Under the pieces are notes generated by a model. That model was given only the letters and a program-made list of their open reading frames with translations. It had not been told where the DNA came from and did not search any database. A program made the translations under genes and the position numbers. From Hamiltosporidium tvaerminnensis FI-OER-3-3 (Eukaryota; Fungi; Microsporidia), in the NCBI GenBank assembly GCA_022605425.2, contig CM061254.1:558001-622000 (forward strand): a stretch of DNA of 64,000 nt. Reading direction: 5' to 3'. Shown here piece by piece: positions 1-11,899 of the stretch; position 1 is the stretch's first letter, and each line of letters starts with the position of its first letter.

Positions 1-1429
1 TACCGCTTATACATACTCTTAAGTGATAAGTATTTAAGAAATAAAAATAATCGCTATAAAAATAATTGGAAATGTGGCGGTCAAAACTCAAAGGTCTCTT
101 CTTAACGAGTTTGAACTTAGTAAAGGTTCAAATTTCATTGATCAAATGGCCTATAAAAATACAAACTTTCATAATTCTGGATTAATTGCGCTTACCCGCA
201 TATTATAAAAGCTGAGCAATATTTCTATAACGAAAAGCAAATTACGAGAGTTTAGATAGGCTCGGAAAGAAAAATCCAAAGAAAAATTTCCAGTTAGTTC
301 TTATTTAGGCTTTAAATGGGATTCGGAAAAGAGAAGACATAGGCTATAGTTAAACCGAATGGCTTCTAGAAAATACTCCAAGAGTTAGAGTCAATTTCTA
401 TTCAGAACAATACGATTTCTGTAGAATGATACCAAAATGAATATAGTTTGAATTTTTATGTTAAAAGCATATATTTAAGAGTTTTAAATGCCGCCTAAAC
501 GAAAATTGAAAGTTTGGGCTATTTCTGGATTTATATTTTTGTTAGCTATCTGATAATTTCAAACCATAGAATATGCTTGATTTTGATGAAATTGTGTGTT
601 TTTGAAAAATATAATCAAACGTTCTAATATGATGAGGAGAAATACATTTCATATTAGATGATTAACTATCAACATTTTCACCAGTTGATGAGTTTAGAAA
701 TATCATTAGTCAGATTATCACTAATTAGCTACGTGAATTAATGTTATTTTAAACATTTAAATCAAGAAACCTAGTAATTTTCACAACTGTCTTTATGATA
801 TTGTAACAGTTATATGTTTATAAAGCCCCTGTTTCTTTCTAGCTCTACTGCTGTTTTGTATTTTATACAAAGTAACATGAAAAAAAGCTCTGAATATAGA
901 CCAAACACATAGATTTCAACCTTCTATAAATTGATTTTAAAGTATGAAACAGAAGCGTTTGGTTAAGAGGAAAGGTGAAAATAGTTTAGATAAAATAAAT
1001 CTGTAACGTTAAAAACTATCCAATGGTACAACTGAACAAGATATCTTACAAAATCTTCGAAATTGCCGACTTCGAGACTAGATTAGCATGCATCTTATTT
1101 TTTGAATAATATTAGATGGTGCTGCTTAAAAAATTCTCAATTGAAATAAAAATGCCTTGAAAACTAGATAAATCGGCGAAGTTTTAATTCAACCGTGGGT
1201 TGTTTTCTCTCCTGCAAGGAAAGGAAGAAGCTATAAAAAAAGGGTTTTCGAGAATATTAAGATGTTTTAAGGCAAAATTATTCCCTTTGTAATCATATTA
1301 AAGCAAATTAAGGTGAAAACTTAATGTCTTGAAAAAAGGCTGTTCAATTTATCATCCATATTTTATAAAATTTTCTGAAATCTTGAACCTTTCTGATATA
1401 ATTCTGAAATTTGTTGATGCAGTCTTATA

Positions 1430-2874
1430 TAGGGTTTTTAGATCAATATAATAATCCTTGCAATCAATATAATAATCTTTTTTAAAAAATAATAATTGGA
1501 AAAAAAAATTTAAAAAATAGAAATTTAAAAAATAAAATTTTAAGTAGTACTTTAGATTTATTATTCAAGAATCACTTGCCTTACTTCAGCCTTTTGCGAA
1601 TATCCTAACATTTTACGGTAAAAAGAACTACAATGTTCTCCCGTGATCTCATTAAATTTTTCACAAATTAATATTCTCAAATGAGGCTCAGTACGAGCAC
1701 CACCTCGAATTACTTTATTTTTCTAGACTGATAATACATTCTCAATTGGATTAAGAAATGGAGAGTAAGGTGGAAGATATTTTATTCGATACGAAGCAAT
1801 TTCCTCATCATCATTCAATCCACGATAGTGATGAATTCTCGCATTGTCCATTACAAATATTGGAGTCAAAATTCCTTGCCTTTGACAGCTTTCATAAATC
1901 TCTTTAATAAATAATTTGAAATCCTCACCATTTACGGCTCTCTCATGAATCTTATGGTATATCATACCATATTTGTTCATTGCTGCGACTACTGAAATAT
2001 TTCTACTTCGGGCTGCTGTTACAGATAAGTATGCAGATTCACCTCTCATATTACGACCTCTGCTGGGGCGTGTTACTACTGAAAACCCAACTTCATCCAA
2101 AAAGACAAAGTTTTTGTCATCGTTATCAACTTCCAACTCACGAAAACTAGCTTCGTAATTGGTTCTTAGCTCAATTTTCGAAAGTATATTCCTACGCACA
2201 GGCAACAATGTTACACGCTTTAGAGTGTAATGGAACTTCCTTAGTGCGCGATCAATTGTACTAGTTGACACATCCACATTAAATGTACATTTGACCCATT
2301 CTGCCAACTCATACAAGGTTTTTCTTACATTCAAATCAACATAGGTTTGTAAGCTCTCTTTTATTTCCAAAGTTAACTTTGAGCGCTTATCACTGCCACT
2401 TTTCTCGACAAATACCAAGCCGGTTTTTAGATATCGTCTAACGATACTATTAACCGTCTGGTAATTTATTCGATACATAGAGGCAATTGCGGACATAGAA
2501 TAGGCTTCTAAGGGTTTTTCAATTGTGCCTTTCCGATCATTAATAGAAACCATTTGTTTCCTCAGAGTTGGAATAGTGGTTAGTAGGAGATTTTCATCAT
2601 GTGATCCAGGTGTTTCCACAAGACGCTTCAAACAATTGTCATTTTTGCACTCTATACATTCCGGTGTTTCACCTACATGAAAATCATATTTGTTCTCGTT
2701 GGTATTTTTAACTGAAAAAGAATTTGACATGGGAGTTAATTTTATAATGAATAAATTATTTTTCAAATTTTTATTTTTTAAAAATAATTATTATATTGAT
2801 TGCAAGGATTATTATATTGATCGAAAAAGTACTATATTGATTACAAGGATTATTATATTGAGCGAAAAACCCTA
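1430..2874 (-). mobile_element. Tc1/mariner-IS630 superfamily DNA transposon (DD34E) with TIRs and TA target-site duplication
   Basis: Left end TAGGGTTTTTAGATCAATATAATAATCCTTGCAATCAATATAATAAT (from 1430) is the reverse complement of the right end ...ATTATATTGAGCGAAAAACCCTA (to 2874). TA dinucleotides flank it at 1428-1429 and 2875-2876. It encloses a transposase ORF. Confidence 0.92.
1561..2730 (-). pseudogene. DD34E transposase with one premature stop (TAG at 1723-1725 in place of a probable Trp)
   Basis: Motifs FLDEVGF, MDNARIHH and LPPYSPFLNPIE, with 34 residues between the second D and E, plus an N-terminal HTH-like region. Likely ATG at 2730, preceded by CCC. The frame continues past the TAG (KNKVIRGGARTE...VILE) to TAA at 1561-1563. 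Confidence 0.85.
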
Positions 2875-5849
2875 TAAACAAAAAAATTGATATATCACTG
2901 AGCCAAAAAAATGTTGATCGGATTTCAAAAGAAAGATTAGACAGAGAAATCGATTATCCCCTCTTATAATGATTTTTGATCTGAATATGTGGAGTAGAGC
3001 TTAATATGAGAAGTATACAAACGGTAATACATACTTATAGATTTTCATAACAAATTTATTTTTATTTTATTGTCTATCTTTAAAGATCTCTATTGGTGCG
3101 CCTATACTAGCTTCAAATTTCGTTGAAATGTAGTCTCTCTTTTTAAATAAAGTTAAACACTAAAAAAAAACTATATAAAAAAATATTTCGTGCTTGAATG
3201 AAATTTTACTCTCCCAAGTGCTTAATATTCACAAATAATTGAAATACTAAAACATATAAAAATTTATTCGATGAGTATCCTGGTTAAAGAATAAAAGAGA
3301 AAACTCTTTTGAACTGAAAACAAATCAAAATTAAATTATACACAAGAAATCAATTCCATGTGATTAACTTGATTAATTGTCTCGTAAAAGTAGTCTAATA
3401 ATACTTGTAAATTCCTCGCTGGTAGATTTTAAACGTGTATAATTTTGGAGATAAATAAGACACTTTCTATCCCGAAGTATAAAGGTTCTGTAGCTATCTG
3501 TAATATCGCATATAATATATCCGCATAGGTTTGGTTTGCGTGTTTACATTATTTTTATTCGATTTTTAGATTATCTGGAAAGAAATTAATAAAAATTGTC
3601 CCACTTATACCAATCGAATGTATTAAATTTGTAATAATATCTACCTGCCACATATAGAAAGCCATTGTGTGTCAAATATGGAATAGAGAGTTAAATCACA
3701 GGTGAAATTTTCATAAACCCTATATAAACAATCTACATATTAAAAGCAAAAGCAAAAAAATACATTTAGAGGTATATTTACACGAATAATCAGGCATTTG
3801 GATTGGTTTACTAATCTATATTCTTTGAGAAACAAATTTTAAGCCAAAAGAAGAACCTATTTCATTTACTTTTGAACGAAAACGTATTTACAGTGGGAAA
3901 AGAAATATTAATGTTTCTCAAATTCTTATAAAGTTAAAAACAATTACGATAAGGCGTTCTATTTTGTAAGCATTGACATATTAAAATCCTCAAGAAGGGA
4001 TGAGGGCTTGTATTTATTCATTAAAAGAATGACTTCATAGCTTAAAAACAAAATAGAAGCAATTCTATTCGTGAACTCTTATATAAACATGCTTAGATAA
4101 TGGTAACACCAGATAAAAGTTAATGATAAAAGAATGAATAAAGACCTATACAAATATTTTAAATAAAATTCATTACAATACTCATATGGAACGACTGACT
4201 CTAGTTAGTTTTTTTATTTTTAAGAACAGCTAATCAAAGAAATTTTCCTATTTTAAATAAGCTGAACTTGGGTTTAAGGTGTTTATCCTAAAAAAATTTA
4301 ATGTGCCGAATTTAAATTTCTTAAAATATACTTAAGAAAACCTTACATATGCGTTTAAATATAAGCATGGATTTATTAAAATACACAAAATTTCAGTAGT
4401 AAATCTTTTCTTGATCGATAAACGAATATGGTCGAAATAATTTACCATAGACTGGGGAAAAGTATATAAAAAGGATGTTCCACAAGCAGGTGTACACGAA
4501 AAAATGATAAAGCACAGTTTTAAAGTCATTGCATTTAAGAAATTAGGTACTTATAGACACTCATAGCATACTTCGGTCTTAAATTTCAGACAAGAGAGTT
4601 AGATCAAATAATTAGCTTCATATATTAAAAAATTCTAAATATAAAAAATAAGAATAAAACCTAAAAGAAATTAAAGAAGGAACATATTTAAACGTATAAT
4701 AAAATTTATTTTGGATTGTAACATTAAAAAAAAATAAAATTGTAAATATATTTTTCAAAGTTTTATTAAATTCTCTTCACCATTCTCCAAACCATCTTTA
4801 TATGCTTTATTTCTCTAAAATACTAATTCTTAATAGGGACACTTTTAAGGGGTTGTCCAGCCCCAAAAATTATAGATTGTACTCGTCATTCTTATACATT
4901 TGCAATATATTTTTTTTATTAAGATATTTTTCTGGATATTTAAATATACAAATCTGTACATTTTTGCCAAACTTTAAATATTTGTAAAAGAATAGTAGCA
5001 ATACATTTCTTTTATTCAAGAGAAATTCCGAAAAGTCATTCAATATATTTAATATAAAAATAATCCTGATGATGCTTATTGAACCAATATAATGATCTAT
5101 CAGAAGATGTGATGAGGTTTTTTCTATGATAATGGAGATAAATGCGGCGTAATATTTGCTAAGAAGAATCTGAAAGAGAAATTGAAAGAATAATGTTGTG
5201 AATGTTTTCATAACAAACAACATTACGTCTACTTATATAATAATTTTTTAAAACTTGTTTCAAAATTTCTTATCAAAATAACAAATTAAAATGGTTTATA
5301 AAAACAAAATTAAACAAAAAAATATAAATTTGTTTTTCATTTTCATTATTATATTATCTTTATATTTTTTTAAAAGTTAAATATTATAACTAAAAAATAT
5401 GAATTTTTCGAAATTAATTAATTTTAATTACAATATTAACTTAATTATGTAATACATGATTTTTACTTTTCTTGCTATTGATCATAAAATATAATTTAAA
5501 TTTTATGTATTCAAGCAGGGATAGATCAGAATTTAAACCAAGAATTCTAATTATTCAATAGATCTTCTGAAATATAAATTAATTATAAAATTAAACACTT
5601 GGCAAGTTTCTACATATAGTTATTAGATAGGGTTTGCATTCAATGCAAAGATTGTGATTATATTACGTTTTTATAGAATTATTTGCGATTTTGTTGATAG
5701 ACTATAACACTTAATAGTGACAGGGTTTTCTATTATATATACTATAGCATTTAACTTTTATGTGACTTTTGAAATTTTCATTAACCACAAAAAAATAAGG
5801 CTTCCTTGATGATAATGGACATAGAAGCCAAACAAATAAATGTATTTTA

Positions 5850-8300
5850 TTCTACTTTGACAATTAATGTTTAGTAAAACATAAAATAATTCTTTTTTTG
5901 CGCAATAAACCATGTGAATTAAATGAAAGTGAAGGTTTTATGTTTTTCTCTTTCATTTTTTGAAGTATTTTAAAAATAAAATATATTCCTATGTTTTAGA
6001 AATAACTTTCTATTTTATGGTTTGCTTCTGATAAATAAAACTTCTGTGTTTTTATTGTAGTGATGTCTATTATTTGATTCGATTTGATTGCTGTTTTCGC
6101 TCTGTTCATTTTTGAAGGCAAAAATTGCATAAGAACTATTTACTGTGCAAAAAAAAAAATTGAAACTGCATTTTTTGAATCCGTTGATCTTGCCTTAAAA
6201 TTATTTATCTATTCACTTCTCAAAGTTTTCTTGTCGAAGTATTTAATACATGGTTTGGTTCACAGAAAAATCTTAACCCCTAATTGTACATTGTTTATGA
6301 AATTTTGAAAAATATGATTCAAGCAATGTTGATTGATACAATATATTTACTGGAAATATTTTTTGGTTCTCTCCCCGAGTCATATGAACCTTAAATTTAG
6401 AATTAATTATATTCGATACATTATAGTTATAAGAGTTATGCAGACCACTTTGAAAACTGTATAAGACGCCTCTGGTATAAAATTGATTTATAATTCGCTA
6501 TTAGAAGCGATTCAATATAGAAATTCAAAAATCACAGTGCAAGTTAATAATATAAATATTTTTTGTGCAATTGAATCTCTAATATTAATAATCATATTTA
6601 AAAAGCCAATTCTTCATTCAAGAGTTTTAAAGAGCTGTACATCGAACCAGGTATAACTTTGCAAAAAAAATTAGGCATATGAGGAATCTTTAGATTCTAA
6701 TGGCTTTTTCAGTATAATTATAAAGGTTTTCAATACAAGACTGAACTTTGCTTAAATTTAAAACTTACACCATCTATAAAATTTAGCAATTGACTTGGAT
6801 AAGCAATTAAAACTTTAATCGACCGAAAACCACAAGGTGCCGATTTTTAGTCGATTTGAATCAATAATTATACTGATCCAGAGATTTTAAAATTTCTTTC
6901 TTATAACCTTGAAATAGCCGCTTATTTTTTTATGTAAAATTTTTAAAGACATCATTTTAACTTTATGTATTTAATATCAATATATAGGTTTTTTGTGACG
7001 ATCTAATAAAAAAACAGTTTATTTTGAATTTGCTAGTTTGCTTTTTGATAAATGCTATTTAAATTTTCGCATGTTTAAATTTGTGTGAGATATCGAAAGT
7101 ACAGTGTGCCTCGCAATATAAGTTATATAAGATAGATAATCTAAATTTCGTTTATATTGCACGAAAAGAGCAGCGTTATTTTTATTCTGCATTTTTTTAT
7201 TTTCATAGGACAAAGGTTATCCCGAAACTCTAGTTTCAGAGTTTATATTTCAAACTTGGATTGTTTGATCTTATCCAAAAATCCGCGCATTACAATTTTG
7301 TAAGTTCTTTTAAAATCTATTATTATTTTAATTAACAGGTTTTTAAAGCTCCTTTTTCTTCATTTGGTTCGAATTAGATTTTTTAACGAAGCTGGTTCCA
7401 TGTTATCACCCTTTACAATAGGAAAAAAATAAATGAAATTTAATTGAAAAAAAAATTAAGTTAAAACATATATAAATATTTATATTGATTGAAGAATAAT
7501 ACTGACATATCATATTTATATAAACTCGCTTTTTTAATGCTATCAGTGTTTCTTTTGGTAAATTATATATAAGCTGAAATGAATTATTAACTATGTTTTT
7601 TTATTGTTTTTTAATAAAGATTATGAATAGATAAGCAAGGGATTGATTCTAAAGAAATTTAAATTTGAGTCTAAACTTCTTATTAATCAGAAAAATATTT
7701 GATGTAATGTTTCGTCATGGAGATGATCATATTATAAATTTAAGCACATAATATTCTCTCATTTCAAACTGCTAAGCGTATTTGTCATTATGTTCGGCAT
7801 TTTTCAGCTTATTCTCAAATCTCTGTCGCTTGAACAAGTTAGAATTAGTAACCCTTGATATATATTTAAATATCGAAAGGCATATAAACATTGAAAAATT
7901 ACAAACTTAGGAAATATGTTTTATCTTAATATTAAACCGAAACCGTTTTCAATTAGGTGAAAAGAGAAATGCTTTTTTTTTATAATAAACAATATTGTTA
8001 TATAAAACTATTTTAATATAAACATTGGCTTTATGATTGAAAGGAATATATAGGCCAATTTTACCCAATATAAATTTGTTATTGTATTTAATATATAGTA
8101 TATTCTCTCACAAAATATACTATTTTTTTTCATGCAATTACTGCATTTGTAGGGTTTACAAGATGAACTGCTTTTTCTACACAAACGATGTCTTTAATAT
8201 ACCAACATCCGAAGCTTTTTGTTTAAAAATGGGTGTAAACCTCTTTTACAGAAGATGAATTTGCCTATTATTTCTTAATTAGATTGCTTAAAACGTGATT
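5850..8300 (-). pseudogene. Probable decayed member of the lineage-specific LRR-like gene family
   Basis: Coding-like composition with short Leu/Ile/Lys-rich fragments broken by stops and frameshifts. Boundaries are approximate. Confidence 0.3.
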
Positions 8301-8920
8301 GTAATTAGAAAACTCTCTAGGCCTCCGCATTAGCGTAAAACCAACTTAAAATACACCAATCAAATCCAATAGATGGCAAATAATAGATATATAGGCCAAC
8401 CACATGTGGTTAACATATGTATGAAAGTTATACCAGATGATTACATTCAACCTGGCTATCCTAATTTTGAATTTTTTCTTTCATTTAAGCAACATCTTCT
8501 CATACGAGCAAAAAAGCTGAGTATTCATGTTTTTAAAAAGAGATTCACCTACTGCTTCGCTTTTTTGATCTTGTTTCATAGAAACCTCAAACTCGCTTTG
8601 TTAAAAGTTTTTACACCTTTAAACTTTATCGTCGTTGTACATATACAGACGGAAAACCGAAATAGAAAGGTAACTTTTATTGCATCAAAAATCAAAATCA
8701 TTGTTTAAAAATCAATTTTAGATATGTCAGCCAGATAGATAGTTTATAATGAGATTATACTCTCATCCTATAATTCCACAATATATATCCAGGGATTTAA
8801 TACTTGTTTAGATTACTGCTAAAATCATATCTTTCACTCCATATAGCAAAATCAAATATATAGATACCAACAAAATGAAATAGGTAATATAATTTTTATA
8901 AGGAATATTATTTATTTAAA

Positions 8921-9598
8921 GTACAGTGGTGGAGGGAGGATAACCACATAAAAAACTTTCTGCTTGGCAATGAGTGTGTGAAACTGGTGTGAAGATCATT
9001 GTTTGAATTTTTGGTGGGAATACAACCACACTACATCTTCGGTTGTTCCACGGGAGTTGTTATGAGGGGGAGAGGTCTAAGAAATAGAGAAACTTTTTCT
9101 ACGAATTTATTTGTAGTTTTTTATGTAACCAGATTGCAGACCGCAGCTGGAATTGTAGGTAATTGCCATGTATAAGCATGGAAACCTAGCCTTGCTCACT
9201 CGGGTTAGAAGACTTAGCGCCTGGGAGATATAAAAATAAAACCCATTAAAAGCCGGGAGAGCTAAGTAGCAGGTTATACCTGTTGGTATGACATTGCACT
9301 GTCTAGGTGGACCCCATGTAAATCTGAAATATATCTTAGCTAGAAGTTTATTGGGTTCAGAAAGTGTAGAGTAAGTGGGAATGCTGCATAGTCTTGGGGG
9401 AGCCCAGGGGGGGCTTCGGCCTTCGATCACACTCCATGCAACGGACATTAACGAACTCCGGGCAACTGCCTCGCCTATTAATTAGGTTCTACACACCTGG
9501 TGGATGAAAGGCTTTGGGACGTAGGTATCGCAGGGGTTACCGATGGAGTGTTGGGGTAGCAGTTATTTATGTTAAACCTAGAACTGCGTTAATGTCAT
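8921..9598 (+). ncRNA. Candidate structured non-coding RNA or RNA cluster, identity unresolved
   Basis: GC-elevated island with many perfect helices: 8946-8957/9115-9126, 9212-9218/9261-9267, 9429-9437/9543-9551 and 9444-9453/9587-9596. Also a cUUCGg tetraloop at 9414-9419, an Sm-like AATTTTTGG at 9006-9014 and CATTGCACT at 9292-9300. No credible ORF. Confidence 0.5.
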
Positions 9599-9749
9599 GA
9601 AAACAAATATAACACTTGCCAAATTGTAAAAAGATGTGATATTTTTAAATAAATTTTTTATAAAAAAAAATTGTAAGAACAATAAAAAAAAGAAATGCAC
9701 GTCAAAAAAACATTTTTCGTGTATATTATATCAATGATCGATTTGCTAA

Positions 9750-10400
9750 AAAAACCCGACATAAATGTTACGAAAGGTATTCATTTGAAAAAACTGTGGA
9801 TAAAATGATTATTGAAGCAGAACATGAACGCGATCACATTAATTTTGGAAGCCACATCCTGTAATAAACATTAAAAACTAGGAAATCGTTAGCTGCTGTA
9901 ATAGAAAATATGAATGCACGTATTCGAAGCAAGAGTTTTTTTGTCTTCCAAAAAAGTGTAAATATAGTTAACATTAGAAAATATCTTTATGTTATTGTAT
10001 AGAGTGTCTTGATTTCAAATAATATTTAATAGAAAATGATGGATTGTTTTTATTTTTAACTAAAATTCGTATTTTTAAAACGATACTTTTTTGTGTTATA
10101 AGATAAAGAAAAACACGGCAAATCCAATCTATGAGCATAAAATATTAATCCGGCACCTAAGACTCATTTTTTCATATGTCTGAGAATGAAACAGAGTTTA
10201 AAACTGCTGCTTGTAAAAATAGTCTGGAAATCCTAATTTTCGAATTTGACGGTATACTCGGGAATCAAAAAACACAATATACAGCTTAAAGGTTATCAGA
10301 TCAATGTAGTGACTTTGACAAAGTCATCATTTAATAATTAAACACTATGATGTAACTACCTCATAAAAAACGAGAATGTTTTTTATACAACGAAAGTAAA
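9750..10400 (+). mobile_element. Possible highly degenerate integrase (Ginger/Gypsy-type) relic
   Basis: Fragments resembling the H..DH, NDG, DTF and TEFK motifs occur in the order seen in integrases such as the element at 27.6 kb. Many disruptions. Confidence 0.25.
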
Positions 10401-11899
10401 GAAGAAATTAAATCACGTTTAATTTGATTTTTCATTCAATGTGACTTAAATTCATTTTTTTGGCAAGTTTTATAGATAAGACATATATTTAAATATAATA
10501 TGCTTAACCTCACTACAAATATAATAGATTTCGATTCAAAATTGAATTTTAAATCTAATGAATATAAAATAAAACTGTAGAAATTTTTTGAAAAGCTTAG
10601 TCTATAGTAAAATTATCACTAAAAAATATGATTTTTTTCATAATAATATACTTATAAAAAATTTTATTTACCTTTTTTAAATAATTATATCTGAAAAAAC
10701 AATTGATACGCTCAATCATAAAATATAAATCTTGCTTATGATATTATGGGTCAAGTGATCATAAACAGAAATTCGATAAGAATTCTACAACCAACTTAAT
10801 CTTTTGACTTTTTATTTGAGAATAACACATTTATTGTTATACAAAAATTGAATTGACGTATGTTAAAAATCAAAAATGTATACAATAATAAAAAAAGCAA
10901 AATATTCAAAAAAAGTTTAAAAAGTAAAAATTAAGAAAATTTGGTTTTTATTTTAGTATTCAACAAATTATTTCTGCAAGTTTTCCTTTATAGCAAAATT
11001 TACTAAATACTCTTTCTCGGCTTACAATCCATAATTTTTTTTTTCCGAAGACCAAAATTCAAGAGCCTATAAAATTTTGATGCTGCTTTACCATTGTTGA
11101 AAGGTAAAGCAAACCAAAAGTAAATATAATATGTAAATAATCTGCAATATAAGAATAAATTCTATTTTAATTCCTTCTTATATTTTTCTCTTTATGAATG
11201 TTATTTTTAAAAAAACAATTAATTTTTGCCTTAAATCTGTAAAATAAAATTCGGTGTTAAATATTTTTAGCTTTTTATGTATTTTCTGCTAACTTTTTAA
11301 CCATTATTGTCTCTTCTTCTAAATCCGACTCTTTTTGCCTTAAATAAGTAATATTTAAATTAATTAAACCACAATTCAATCATTAATATTTCTCAAACCA
11401 AAATTTATAAAATTTTATCCTGTTTTTATCTGCAATGTTAAAATAATATAATCGTTAAGTAGTATATTAATTTAACCTTTTACAAATTACAACTTATGAA
11501 ATGTTTGGAATATTTAAATCAAAATTGTTTAATTATAGATTTATGTGAGTTATAATTATATTAATTTTTATTTAATTTTTATAGCACCGAAAATTTATTT
11601 GGTGCAATAAAGTAATGGTTGGTTTAGCAAAGTTCACTCAGAGGACTTTAGCTCGATTTCCTGGATTAAAATTTCTATCTTTTAAAGCTGAAGTTCAGAA
11701 TTTATAGGAGAAGCTGATCGAAGGAATCCTAAACTCAATGAAACTCATAAACCAAAATAAAAAAGATATAAACCAACATTGGTTGTGTAAACTTATAGTA
11801 TTAAATCAAACTCTAAATACCTTTAATACATATAACAGATCGGTTATATGTCCGAAATAAAAAGAATTCGTAGATATTTTATTGTCAAATTTAATTTTA

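Noticed and set aside
1-480. RT relic (SYLG-like fragment)
   Set aside because: A single short motif at the window edge; unsupported.
1723-1725. TAG reassigned to Trp (in-frame TAG at Trp positions in two transposases, with an eRF3 gene in the window)
   Set aside because: PSF2 and the mutase terminate at TAG at the expected C-termini, and host genes use TGG for Trp. Simple G>A mutation explains it.
9060-9145. RNase P RNA (GAGGTCT ... ACCAGATTGCAGACC resemble the P4 strands)
   Set aside because: The two strands are only ~60 nt apart, too close to contain the rest of the RNase P core.
9200-9210. Telomerase template (CTAACCC on the minus strand)
   Set aside because: Only 7 nt, with almost no realignment region, and on the strand opposite to the structural signals.
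9130-9395. Group I intron core (CCGCAGC, AGACTT, CATAGTC)
   Set aside because: No convincing P element or perfect P7 pairing, and no host exon context.
9107-9448. 113-aa minus-strand ORF in the GC-rich island
   Set aside because: No motif and atypical composition for this genome. An ORF of this length is expected by chance where GC is higher, and RNA-structure signals favour the + strand.
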